Of a DNA stretch of 64,000 nucleotides, positions 1 through 12,900 are shown piece after piece. Source of the DNA: Macrostomum lignano (lineage: Eukaryota); contig NIVC01000110.1 of NCBI GenBank assembly GCA_002269645.1, positions 1 through 64,000 on the forward strand, given 5' to 3'. Position 1 is the first letter of the stretch. Every line of letters starts with the position of its first letter. A model generated the notes under the pieces. The model did no database searches and was not told the origin of the DNA. It saw only the letters and a list, made by a program, of their open reading frames with translations. Position numbers and translations under genes: made by a program.

Positions 1-161
<161 letters not shown>

Positions 162-958
162 CACTAGGACACCAATACAGACAGACAGACAGGCAGTCAG
201 GCAGCCCATGGACAATCAAAAAGCGGTCAGTACACCCAACCCAGAATCAACGCAATCAGTCAGCAGTCTATTTATTGCTTTCCTTTGTCCCTTCGCTCCC
301 GTTGATGCCCCAAATAGCGCCTGTCAGTCCTTTGTGTCGCTCCGCTTCATTAACCTCTTTTTCTGCTTGCCCCAGCCAATGACACAGCCAGACGGGGCTC
401 CATTGGCCAGCGGCAGGTAGGTGAGACAGAGTGAGACAGAGCAGGTGTTCTGCACTGGCAAGCCGCGCTTCTTAAATCAATCGATGATCAGCTCTGGACA
501 TCTCGAACTAATAAGAGCTCCAGAATCCTTTCCCCATCTAAGAAAAAGGGATCTTTTTGGCTTCTCCTCGCAGCGGTTGTATAAAGCAATTCCATTTAGT
601 TATTTCTTCAACAGCAACACTCAAGTCAGCTCCCTTGCAGTGTCAGCAGGAGACAGCAGCCCTGAGTCTCGGCTTAGACTCTTCTCAACTCTTCGAGTCT
701 GAGCCCATTACCGAGTTTGAGCTGATAACCCAGCAGGACTTCGATAGGAGGAAAAACAATTAACAGTGGCTGACCCCAAGCGAGGAAGCTTTAATAGGAT
801 AATCTCTAAGAGAGCGCTCGATCGAATCCCTAGAACCCAGATCGAAGTGGAGAAGCCAGTATAAGATAAAATAAGCAGAATTTCCGGCTTTATCGACGCG
901 TCTTGAGTCGGTCAGTCTTGGCAGAAGAGCAGAGTGAGCCACCCAGCCACGCACCGGC

Positions 959-3900
959 ATGAGCTGCAGATTTCGGCTGTGCTACTTGCTGGGGATTCTG
1001 GTGAGTTGGAACTCCTCGTTAATCTGCTGCTTACAGGCCTTGGTCTCTAATAGCCGGGATAATGAGATTAAAGTGGATATTGGGATAATGGATTAAAGGG
1101 GATATTGGACAATGGGATATTGGGATAATGGGATATTTGGATATTGGGATAATGGGATATTTTCAGAATGGGATTTTTCAGAATGGGATTTTTTGAAAAA
1201 AGGGATAATGGGATATTGTGAGCCTGGGCTAAGAGAAAAAAGTTTAACAAATACTTTAATCCCTGTCCTCAGTCTGCAGCAAAGGACAAAATTAGACAAG
1301 AAATGTTGTCACGAATTTTGCCTCAGCCCATTTTTTACAGAAAAAGTTTGTGTCAGATAAAGAAGACGTGCCGAAGAAGCAGGGAGCAGGTGAGGGAATT
1401 CTATAGCGGCTTGATAATTGAGGGGCTTCGGTAAGCAAGAGAGGATGGCCTGTACGAAAGAGGTTCAAGTTCACCTCTGAGGCAACCCCTGTAGAATTCT
1501 TACCTTATCCAGTCGATAAATTGTTCACTCGGGCCATTGAGTGAGTAGAAAATTGCAGTGCAAACGTTTTAATCAGCACTTCCATTGAAATCAGACCGAA
1601 CAGAAAGCGTCATGAGACTTCAACTTGAAGGCTCGATAGCACTATAAATGCCATAATTTTGTTTGCCTTTTGTTCTCACTTAACTTCTCTACCTTCACTA
1701 TACTTTTCTGAAGTCTAACCAGGTGTCACTGGCAGTCCCTGGCACTGAATTGCAGATGTCACTGGCACTGAATTGCGGGTGTCACTGGCACTGAATTGCA
1801 GGTGTCACTGGCACTGAATTGCAGGTGTCACTGGTACTGAATTGCAGGTGTCACTGGCACTGAATTGCAGGTGTCACTGGCACTGAATTGTAGGTGTCAC
1901 TGGCACTGAATTACAGGTGTCACTGGCACTGAATTGCAGTGGTGTCACTGGCACTGAATTGCAGTGGTGTCACTGGCACTGAATTACAGGTGTCACTGGC
2001 ACTGAATTACAGGTGTCACTGGCACTGAATTGCAGGTGTCACTGGCACTGAATTGCAGGTGTCACTGGCACTGAATTGCAGGTGTCACTGGCACTGAATT
2101 GCAGGTGTCACTGGCACTGAATTGCAGGTGTCACTGGCACTGAATTGCAGGTGTCACTGGCACTGAATTGCAGGTGTCACTGGCACTGAATTGCAGGTGT
2201 CACTGGCACTGAATTGCAGGTGTCACTGGCACTGAATTGCAGGTGTCACTGGCACTGAATTACAGGTGTCACTGGCACTGAATTGCAGGTGTCACTGGTA
2301 CTGAATTGCAGGTGTCACTGGCACTGAATTGCAGGTGTCACTGGCACTGAATTGCAGGTGTCACTGGCACTGAATTGCAGGTGTCACTGGCACTGAATTG
2401 CAGGTGTCACTGGCACTGAATTGCAGGTGTCACTGGCACTGTTGCCCCAGATTTTACTGAAGTAGACATAAGAAGGTCACCGAAAGGCAAGATTTATTAA
2501 CAAAAGACAAAATTGATCCCTCGAGTTTTCGCATAAAAGTACACAAGCGTCAGTCGAGCGAGATGAGCGAGGACTTGAAGGAGAGGAGATGATTAGGACA
2601 AATAAGGACCCTCTGAATTTTATTCCGAAGCGAACTTCCCTCGTCACTGTCAAACTCGCGACAGGCAAGAGTAAATTACATGTGGCAGGACCTCGACAAC
2701 TGACATTCAATACAGATACGCCGAACTGTCGTCTTGTTGCTATGCCATCCGTTGCTATGGCAACCAATCAACGCCGGAGACGCAAACACTGGCCGAATTC
2801 AAGCGGAGATGGTCATGGTTCGAATTGGCCAGCCAGTCCTGCTGCAATGTCCGGTGCTTCAACGAAGCTTCTACACCGTCAGCGTCAAGCCGAAGTACTT
2901 GGAGTGGTCTCTGCCCATGGGCCGGCCGCAACCAACCAAGTGTCCGGTCTACCTGATGAAGAGCGAAGACGAAGAGCCCGGCTGTCCGGGTGAGCTGACG
3001 GGACTCGGCGTGTCCTTGTGGCACCTCACCCAGCTCAGGGTTCACTCGGCGGAGCTGAGGCACGAAGGCCTCTACAACTGCTCGGTGTACTGGAATGCGA
3101 CCGGGTGAACGGGGCGGTGCAGCTGCTGGTGCAGGGTGAGTCGTGGGGTGTAGGAAATGGAGTGTGGGTGTGGGAAATAGGGTGCGGGAAATAGGGAGTG
3201 GGAAATAGGGTGTGGGAATGAGGTGTGGAAAATGTGGTTTGGGAAATAGGGTTGTGGGAAATGGAGTGTGGGAAATACTGTAAATTAAGACAGGTAATGT
3301 GTCTATCTGAGAGTCTATCAGAGTTTTTGTTTCTCTGTCTGTCTGTCCTTCGTTTCTCTCGCTCTTTGTCTCTCCCTCATTCGCCTTGCAAAACAACTCT
3401 CGTCTCTGTAAAAATTAGTGGTCAGTGAGCAGAAAACTTGGCATGTATAACACAGGTAATTTGCTGTTTCAACTGACTAACCAGACGATAATCACAATGA
3501 AGGTCATTTTAATCGCAGTTTACAGCGTCAAGCACTCTTAGAAATCAGGCATGCCCTGCTAGCTTTGCTTGATGCATGTGGCAGCGAATAGAAAAAGTGG
3601 TTAGTCAGAACACAAGCTCCTTCTTAAGAATAAGATTGGTAAAAGCACAATAGTGGTCTAGCACGGCGCTCTGATGTGCCAGCGGCCCAGGCTCGATTCC
3701 AAGTGCAGTCACATTCATTTTGGGCTAAATTGGAATCTCGGCTTGGCTCTGCTCGTGCAGTTAACGGCCTTGAGGGCCAACCCCCAAGGCACAGTGAAGT
3801 GTACATGCCTAACAATAAATAAAGTTAGGGCCGCTGTACACTCCTGTGTGAGTGTGTGCCTGTGCGTATGACTGCGTACGTATCCGCGCGCTTGTGTGCC

Positions 3901-6900
3901 TGCTCAGGGGAGTCGGCGGAATGGGCAGCAATGCCTCTCGCCGGTTGTGTGACAATGTCGCTTAAAGTGCGCCAGGGTGCACACAGCCCCTGCTTCTCAA
4001 AAAAATGGTACCCACCGCCCCGTGTGTAGCTAAGGTTGGCTCAGGAGGGAAGTCGCTTAGAACCGATGAATACGCACTATGCCTCAGCTTAAAAGAGGTC
4101 AGAAAGAGTCAAAAAACGGAAAGTAAAAAGATGAGCAGTTCGATTATATTTAGCGGAGAGGAAGTTAATTCGCACGACCGTAAAACGTAGTGCCGGAGTG
4201 AGGCGGCAAAGAGCTCCTAGGAATAATTGAAATCGGGGGTACCAGGCCTAAATGCACATCGCAGTGGATAAAATTAAATATTTCTGTCTCCAGGCCTTTT
4301 AAAGCCTTTGCAGATCCACTGCATTAGCGGGAATTTCTTCTTATAATTTATTGTCACTTGGACTGAAACCAGAGCTCCTGACCCGAGAGCTTCGAGAGAT
4401 TATAACCTGGAGCACTTGATCCTGAAGTTGAAGGACATTGGGAGTGACTAGATTTTCGATTCTCTCGTACTTCTATTTTAAAAGACATTCACTTTGTTGA
4501 AGTTTTGTAACTTTCTCAGTTGATCCGCGCAGTACCGCTTGGACTTTTGTTGAATCAAAAAATCTGTTTTTGTTTATTGCGCGCTAAAAAATGCTCATGA
4601 GGCCCCAGCCCTCAAGGCACAGATTGTGTGCATGCCGGACACTGAGAAAGTCAGTGTCAGGCCGCCGTAAACTCTGTGAGTGTTCGTGCTCGGAGCTGCG
4701 TGGAACGGGCATGCTGCCTCTTCGCTGGCTTGTGGTTCGACCGTCGCCCTGACTAATTGCGACAGCGCCCACAGCGCTTTCCTGAGCTGTTTGGCCGGGT
4801 TCTTGGGCGAGCGGTTCTCTTCACGCTCGTAACTTCCAACTTGAAAAAAACTACTTTAGACTAGAAGATTTCGATCCAACCTAAATCATTGACGATTCAT
4901 TCACTATCGAATACCCCGAGTAGTCTTTATTCAGGATTTATCGGGAATCGTCGAAAACACCTGACAGACAAGCCAACAGCGCCGCTGCACTTGAACGCTA
5001 CTGTGCTTGGCTCGCACGCGATTCACCTGACTTGGCAGCCTCCGCGTCATCTGCGCCACCTGCCGTTGACCTCCTACGAAATTGCCACGAGCAGCGGCAC
5101 CTATCGTCACCTTGGAGACCGATTGATCTGGCATAGAGTTGAGCCTAGACGACTCAGCTACAGGGTGACAGGCCTGACAGCATACACTGAGTACTGCACC
5201 TGGCTGCGAGCCGCTAATCAGCTGGGCCCGGGACCGAGCACTCGCCGCTGCGAGCTACGAACTCTGGAGTCTCCACCGCAGCCAGCGGCCCTGTCCGCTA
5301 CCGTCACCAACGTCCAAGCCACCAGCGCCAAGCTTCGATTGAGCGTTGCACCGGCCGGGCATCCGTCTCTGGGCGGCAGACTGCGCGAGGTCCGGGTGCG
5401 ATGGCGTCGGACGCGCCACCTCGAATCGCACGCAGGCATGGAGGATCAGTGGACTGAGAAGACACTGGTTGCTAGGCAGTTTCGCAGCCGAACCACTGCC
5501 AGCCAGGACGTTGATCTGATGCTCGATGATCTCGAAGCTTTTAGCGGCTACAGTGTGCGATGCACCGTGCACAACTGGAGATACGCTGGGCCGGAGCTTC
5601 TACTGACTTTTGAAACACTGGAGGGCGGTGAGGAGTCTTATCTGTAGTTTTTCTCTGAACCTGGATGCAGTGCCTAAAGTGGGGTCACTTTCAGAAAATC
5701 AAAATTTGCATAATAAAAAATTCACATTGTTACTTTCACCGGAGAAAAGCTTCACAAGCTCGAAATTTTCGATTCAGCAGAAGTGCAGACTAGAATGCAA
5801 GCCTTTTTGAACTTGTGAAATTTCGATCTCACGACCCCATAAAGTGGTTTTCGGTGCAGAAAATTTAGAAAACATACGTCATGTGCAGTCTGGCGTGTTT
5901 TATGAAGACTTTGCAAAATGTAGTGATACAATCGATCTTGGTTTCTAACCAATAAAACATTCAATTCGATTAGAACGTTCTGGGTTTGGATGCATTCAGT
6001 AGTTCTTAGCATCTTGAATCGATGCGGGATCAATGTTTTAAAAGGATACTTAGATTTCAAACTTTTCATTTCAATGCAGAAGCCCCAGCGCCCACGCTGG
6101 CCCAGGACACGCACGCCCTGTTCGACACGAATGTCAGCGTCTCCTGGTCTCGTCTAGCCAGAGTGCCGGGCCACCTGACCGGCTACCAGCTCTCGTTGTC
6201 CGGCCCCTTCAACAGTCGCCGGTTGATCAACATTTCCAGCGAGTTCACTCGGTACTGCATCGCTGGACTAAAGCCGGCCACTCGATACTCAATCACCATA
6301 GCAGCTGTCACTCGCGTCCGAGGCCCTGGGCGCGCGTCTAACCGAGTAGACATCGCCACGGAGCCCAGCTGGCCAAGCCGGCCGCGAGATGTCCGGGTGG
6401 ATGAGAGAAGCTACGAAGCCGGCCTGTTGGTCTCCTGGGCCAGTCGCGGCTTCTTCGTCGGTTCGCCCGCGGTTGACCGCTCAGAAACACCGTATCCGCC
6501 CAACCTGCTGCTGTTCAGAGTTGAATGGCGGCTACGCAAAGTCTCCCAAGGTCTGCGGCTGGCAGGACGTCCAGGTGGTTCGAGGGAGACCCTCGTGCTG
6601 AGTCAGCTGGGCCAATGCCGGGTCAATGCGGCGTGGAGGCCCAGGGCCCAGGTCGCGAATGCAACAGTCTACCCAAATGAATCAGCAGAGGCGAGGACTA
6701 AATACCTGAGCACGCGCATCTGTGTAGGTTTTTATGCTAGCCTAAGATGATCTATTTCAAATAGTATTTCCTTGATCCCCCTAGACTGATGTCACACGAG
6801 TCTTTTTGGTCAGTTTCACTGGATCCATTCGTCAGCTAATAAAAACAACTCTGACTTTGCACGGGCTCAATTTAATCTAGAGCATATCTAAATTTTCAAG

Positions 6901-9900
6901 CAAAAGATCAGGAAAAGGCATGGTTAAATGAATCGAATGCTCTTTAGATGATAGAAGAAAGAATATTTCTCGTACAATAAAGGTTGGGGCCTAATAGTAC
7001 TTTGACGGCTTTCGTCATTTCATGGCTAATTTTATACGTCAAATTCCGTAGCGGAATGCACTTTTTCAGCTTCTGCAAGGGCAGCTGTTTTCTGCTGTTT
7101 CTGATGGGCGATTTTGAGGCTTTGTAGGCGAAAAAATATCATTTTTCTCTTTGTTCATCTATTCAGGAGCTTTGGCTTGCTGCTGGGCTGTTTGAGAACT
7201 GGGGAAGGGGCGCAAGACTGTCTTGTAGGGATGGCAGCAGGTAGCAACTGAAACCTGACTCCCACGAGTTGACAAAATGATAGCCCTCTCATCCTGTGCT
7301 TGTATAATTGTAGTCTGCACTGTCTTTAGTAGCTAACAGTCTGCTATTTAGGAGCTATGTTTTTTTCATAGCAGATATAGAGACAGCTTAACCTCGGCAA
7401 GCTTATGTTGAAAATGAACAACGCTTGCGGAACCTCCCTACGAGCGTACTACTCTAGTTGCATGCATTGACTTCCTTCTCTTTCCGCTTCGCCAATCGTT
7501 ATAAAACGTGACATAAAACGCTATCGTTTTATATCAGATTCCATTGACTAAAAATGCGGAAAAATGGGGTTGTCAATCTGCGCACTGCTAGAAGTCAACC
7601 AGTTCGTAGAATTTGGGCAGTTACATATAACAGGCAATTTGATATCTCTTTAATAACAAGGATAAAAGTTCAGTAGCACTGGCGGTCGAACTCAACTTTA
7701 AAAAACATCCACTGAAACAATTTCTTAAATCTGCCTCAATCAACTCAGGAGTTAATACCCTGGACAACACTGGCAAGATCAATCGGAATTGCAATCCAGC
7801 AGCATTCGAATCCATCAGCGCATGTCAGCCTGGACGTCGTGGTAACAAGCGTTGGATTGTCCCAGTGGGACCGCGACCGCAGGTATCCGGGCACAAGGCA
7901 AAAACCGTCAGCGTCTCTGTGCCTCTTGCATATCTGTTAATCGACCGTTCGACTTGGGACGGCCTGGCTGACTTTAACAACGAATTCTCTAACGGCGACG
8001 AGTCGGCGATAGCTACAGGAGATCGGCGACGCCGGCAAGTGACGTCGGTGAGCATTGGACTCGGCGTTGGCTGCCTGTTTGCAGCGCTGGGACTGGTGGC
8101 GGCCGTGCTGCTGGCCTGGCAGTGGCTCTGCGGCAGGGCGACGCGTCGGAACCGAGGCGTCGGCAGTGCCAGCTATCGCAGACGAAGGCTGCGCGCCGTT
8201 GGCAGCAGCATAGGCGGCGGTGGAACCAAAAGCGGCTGCGGAGTGGAGATTGGAGATTCCGGTTAGGACGCATGTTTGACCTGCATAAGAACTCAATATT
8301 AGAGTCTTTTTTAGAATTTTCATGGTAGATAATTCTTTTAGCTTTAGACATTTTGTCGCGATTTTTTAATCCATTGCGTCATGGAAGCATGGCACTTTAA
8401 CATAAAAGTTCTCTTCGATACTTTGCTTGCTGACCTAATTCTGTCAGCATCAATTCACAAGTTGCAAGCATCTAGCTTAGCCCAAAGCCATGCAATCCTT
8501 TCAGATCCACACGACCCTGCTCAAACATCGGCTCTTCTGAGTAACCCGGCGGGCATGACTATAGCCGAATTCCGGGATCACGTGATCGCTTGTCACGCCA
8601 ACGACGATTCCGGCTTTCAATCGGAGTTCCAGGAGCTCCAAAGCTCGGACCCGCCGATCTCGTTGACTGCATTAGATTGCAAACCAGAGTCCGAGGACAA
8701 GGAGAAAACGACGCGCGAAGCTTTTGTAGCTGCGTGCTGGAAATATCCAGAAAATTTGAGTAAAAATCGACACCCAGATGTTTACCCGTGTAAGTTTGAT
8801 TATTTACGTTGTCCTTTGTCGATCTAAGATATTGATTGTACTTTCAATGGCATCCTTAAACTAGTTGCTATAAAATTTTTACCAGGACACAGTTCTTAGT
8901 TGGTCAAAAGTTGCCTTTCTTAACCGTCAATACAAATGTCTCTTGATGGTCGCTCCTGTCTCTTGGTAGACACTCCTGTCTCTTGGTAGGCGCTCGTGTC
9001 TCTTGGTGGTCGCTCCTGTCTTTTGGTAGACGCTCCTGTTTCTTGGTAGGTGCTCATGTCTCTTGGTAGGCGCTCCTGTCTCTTGATGGTCCCTCCTGTC
9101 TCTTGGTAGGCGCTCGTGTCTCTTGGTAGGCGCTCGTGTCTCTTGGTAGGAGCTCGTGTCTCTTGGTAGGCGCTCCTGTCTCTTGGTAGGCACTCCTGTC
9201 TCTTGGTAGGCACTCCTGTCTCTTGGTGGTCGCTCCTGTTTCTTGGTAGGTGCTCATGTCTCTTGGTAGGCACTCCTGTCTCTTGGTGGTCGCTCCTGTC
9301 TTTTGGTAGACGCTCCTGTTTCTTGGTAGGTGCTCATGTCTCTTGGTAGGCGCTCCTGTCTCTTGATGGTCCCTCCTGTCTCTTGGTGGGCGCTCCTGTC
9401 TCTTGGTAGGTGCTCATGTCTCTTGGTAGGCGCTCCTGTCTCTTGATGGTCCCTCCTGTCTCTTGGTAGGCGCTCGTGTCTCTTGGTAGGAGCTCGTGTC
9501 TCTTGGTAGGCGCTCCTGTCTCTTGGTAGGCGCTCCTGTCGTTCGTTGTTATCTCCTAGACATAAAAATGGAGCCAAAAAGTTGCTATCAGATGTGCTCC
9601 TGTCATTCGTCGAGTCTAGCTTGGTTACCAGTTTCATTTAGTTTTTGAGGGTAGCGCAATTTTCGCGGGGGCGATTGGTGACCTCCTGACCGAGCCCCCC
9701 ATCTGCTTACGTATTGATAATCCTGTGTATAAGCTGCTTTTCTCAGTCGCAATCAGAAGTAATAACTGCCGCTACTTCAGACGATCACAACCGGGTCATA
9801 CTTCGGTCAACTTCAACTAATAAGAAAAATGCCGACTACATTAACGCCAGCTATATTAGTGTAAGTAAAGTTTATTTATTTTGCTCAAGTATACTGATAG

Positions 9901-12900
9901 CACATACGCTAACACCTATTACCATCATTTTAAACTTTGAGCAGGGATTTAAAAAGGAGCGAGCCTACATCGCCTGTCAGAGCCCTCTGCAGTCAACTTT
10001 TGATGACTTCTGGCTAATGGTTTGGGAGAATCGAGTGAGCAGCATTGTGATGCTGTGCAACCTGGTTGAGGCCGGTCGGGTGAGTTATTATTAGTTCATT
10101 GACAAGATTAAATCTTGTCAAGATTAACTCTCTTTTCAAGATTAAATCTTAAGGGCAGAGTTTCTTCTTTGAGATCCTGTTCTCAAAACCTAATTATAAT
10201 GGAGAGATGGGATCGAACAACAAATATGAACAGCTAGTTTAAAAGAAGATTGCAGTTACTGCGCTCGTATGGTCATCGCTGGATAAAATCTTTTTGTGCT
10301 TTGCATGACTCCATAGGATCTGAAGATGTTTTGCATAGCCGAAGCAATATTGTTTCGTCAGGGTCTTTTTGTGCTATGGCATAACATATTAATGCTAACC
10401 TGTCAACTAATTCACCGTTTTACAAATTGCTTTAAATCCAACGAAACAGCGCAAATGCGATCAATACTGGCCTAGTGGCGGCAGCAGCCAGGTCTACGGT
10501 CCGGTGACTGTTGAGCTAATTGGACAAGCAGTCAGGTGGGATCACAAGGTGCGCCTGTTCGAGCTGCACTGGACAGGCAGCGGCAGCGACAGCTCGCTCA
10601 GTCGCCGCCGAGTGAGGCAGTTCCAGTACTGCCGATGGCCCGACTGCGGCGTCCCGGCGTCGCCGCTGGCGCTGCTGAACTTCGTCCAACTGGCTGGGGG
10701 CATCGACGAAGACAGAATGAACTCAACAGCCAGCTGCACTGGTGGGCCAATCGTTGTGCACTGCAGGTGAAGCTTTTAACGATCTGTGTGTAGCACGAGG
10801 GGAAGATGGGTTTATCGTGCGATTGGCAGCCATGAGGGTCAACCCTGGTCAAGAGAGTGTTCATGCCTGACGATCAGAAAGTCAGGACTGCTGTACACCC
10901 TGTGTGAGCGAGTGTGTGAGTGCGTGTCTGCAGAATGGGCAAAACTGCCCCAGTGCAGGTTGTGGGGAAACTAAGTCGCCGAAGGAAGTTCGTCGGCGAA
11001 TAATTCTGATATTCACAGCTGTTTTTGTTTTTCATTCTTAGTTTTCATCTCAAAAGACTAGGCGACTTTGAAAATGTAGAGTCAGTTTGGAGAAAAAGAT
11101 TGATTAAAAGGATAAAAGTTTTGACGTCTGAGGAAAGTCTAGTTAAGCAATGATTACCTGAAGCTTTAGTGACTTACGGTCAAAATTGAGCGGATTAGCA
11201 ACTCATGAAATCGAGGGTTGTTTACAGAGTTTACAGAGCGTGTAAACAACAAATATTTTTAAGTGAACGAGCTTAGCACGGAAAAAACTTTTTGCTGTTT
11301 TTTGATCCATTTACTTCAGTAGTTCTCACAGCTGAGTCTTGGATGCATTAAAACTAGTGAGGTGCTCTCAGTCAACGAAAATGGAATGCTTCTAAAGTAT
11401 TTCGAATGAAATTTCACTAAGGATATTAGCAAAGTCAAAAAATAAGCGTACCAGCGCGGTACTTCTTATTTATGAAGCATTTCCTATTCGAAATTTTCAA
11501 GACAAATAGCGAATTATACGATTTACCAAAACATCCGGCAACCTCCCTTGCCCCAGCGCTGGCACAGGTCGCACGGGTGTCTTCATCACTGTCGACGCTC
11601 AGATGCGCAGAATGCTCGGCGATAGGTCCGTCGACGTGCGCAGCTTCCTGGCTCATGCCAGGCGGCAGCGAATGCGGCTGGTGCAGACAGTGCAGCAGTA
11701 CGCTTTGGTGCACGAAGTTCTACTGGAGTTTCTGCTGTGCCCCGAACGGAGGATCTCACGGCATCGGCTGACGTCCTGGGTTCGATCGTTGGCCGACAGA
11801 GAGCCGTGCGGTTGCAGCCGATTGGAAACTCAGTTCCAGGTGAGTTCACGATTCCAGTAGAACTTACTGGACAATGCTATTCGCTGAAAATTGACTTCAT
11901 AAGTCCACTTTCAATTTTGGAACTCGTGAGTTTAATTTTGTATTGGCAACGCACGGGCGTAGTTACCATATTCTATCAGTTTCTTGTTGCCTACTTATCC
12001 TTTATCTTTAGGCAGAAATTCACTGTGTATGAATCTCTAGTCTTACTGTAATTTTAGCACTCGCCGTGCCGAAGTTGGCTATGGTTGGAAATGGCGTTCG
12101 GGTGCTATAAAGGAAATTGAATCCAAGTTCCGCGCACTCGAGCGAAAATTGACGAGGAGAGGAAGCTCGTCATTCCCGAAGAAGCCATCGCCACATGACA
12201 CCGTGTACAGTGTACGACAACAAACAAGCATTGAAGATTCACGTACCTTCACTTTCTTTGATAACCATTGCTCAATGAGTTTTCCGGACAGGGCGACTCT
12301 CGCGTGACGGGCCTGCTTTCAAAGAGCCAAAGTGTATCGGTATCAGGTTTAACTTTTAGGAGCTACTCTGCAACAAATGGCTTTGGTTGAAAGCGTGGCT
12401 TGCGTCATTCGGAAAAATGGAAATAGCAATGGAATCAGAGTGCTCTATTTTTGTTCTCTTTAAAGGGACTCTGAGCAGTTCACATTCTTTGATTTTTTGT
12501 CTTGATTTTCACAATCAAATGCCGATGTCCTGAGAAGCTAAAATGATTTTTACGTCTATTTTTACCTGCCCATCTTTCTCACTTAGCTTTGCGTTGCTCA
12601 CGAAGCCAGCCACGGTGACTTTGAGGCGGCACTAAAGCCGTGCAATGCACAGAAAAACCGGGCGGATCCGAACTCTGGGGACTCCCCGGCCTACTTGCCG
12701 GCCGAGGAGGGCAGAGTCAAACTGACGCCAGAGCCTGGGGTTGAGGGGTCCGACTACATCAACGCAACGATTTTGCAGGTGAGCTAATACAGAGCGACAC
12801 TAAGGCCGGTTTCGTTGCCACTTGATTAATTCTTAATCCACTTGATCAACACAACTTTATCAGCTTTAGTTGACCAGGATTCTCACGCAGTCTCAAGACG

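Noticed and set aside
376-702. Spliced 41-aa uORF (exon 376-416 joined to 615) in the RPTP leader
   Set aside because: The splice sites are plausible, but there is no homology or other support and it may be non-coding leader.
1719-2442. CRISPR-like regular repeats here and at 28173-28590 and 40266-42588
   Set aside because: The repeats are head-to-tail without unique spacers, there are no cas genes, and the context is eukaryotic.
8920-9637. Repetitive ORFs (RDRSAYQET)
   Set aside because: They come from a 20-bp intronic minisatellite, antisense to RPTP.
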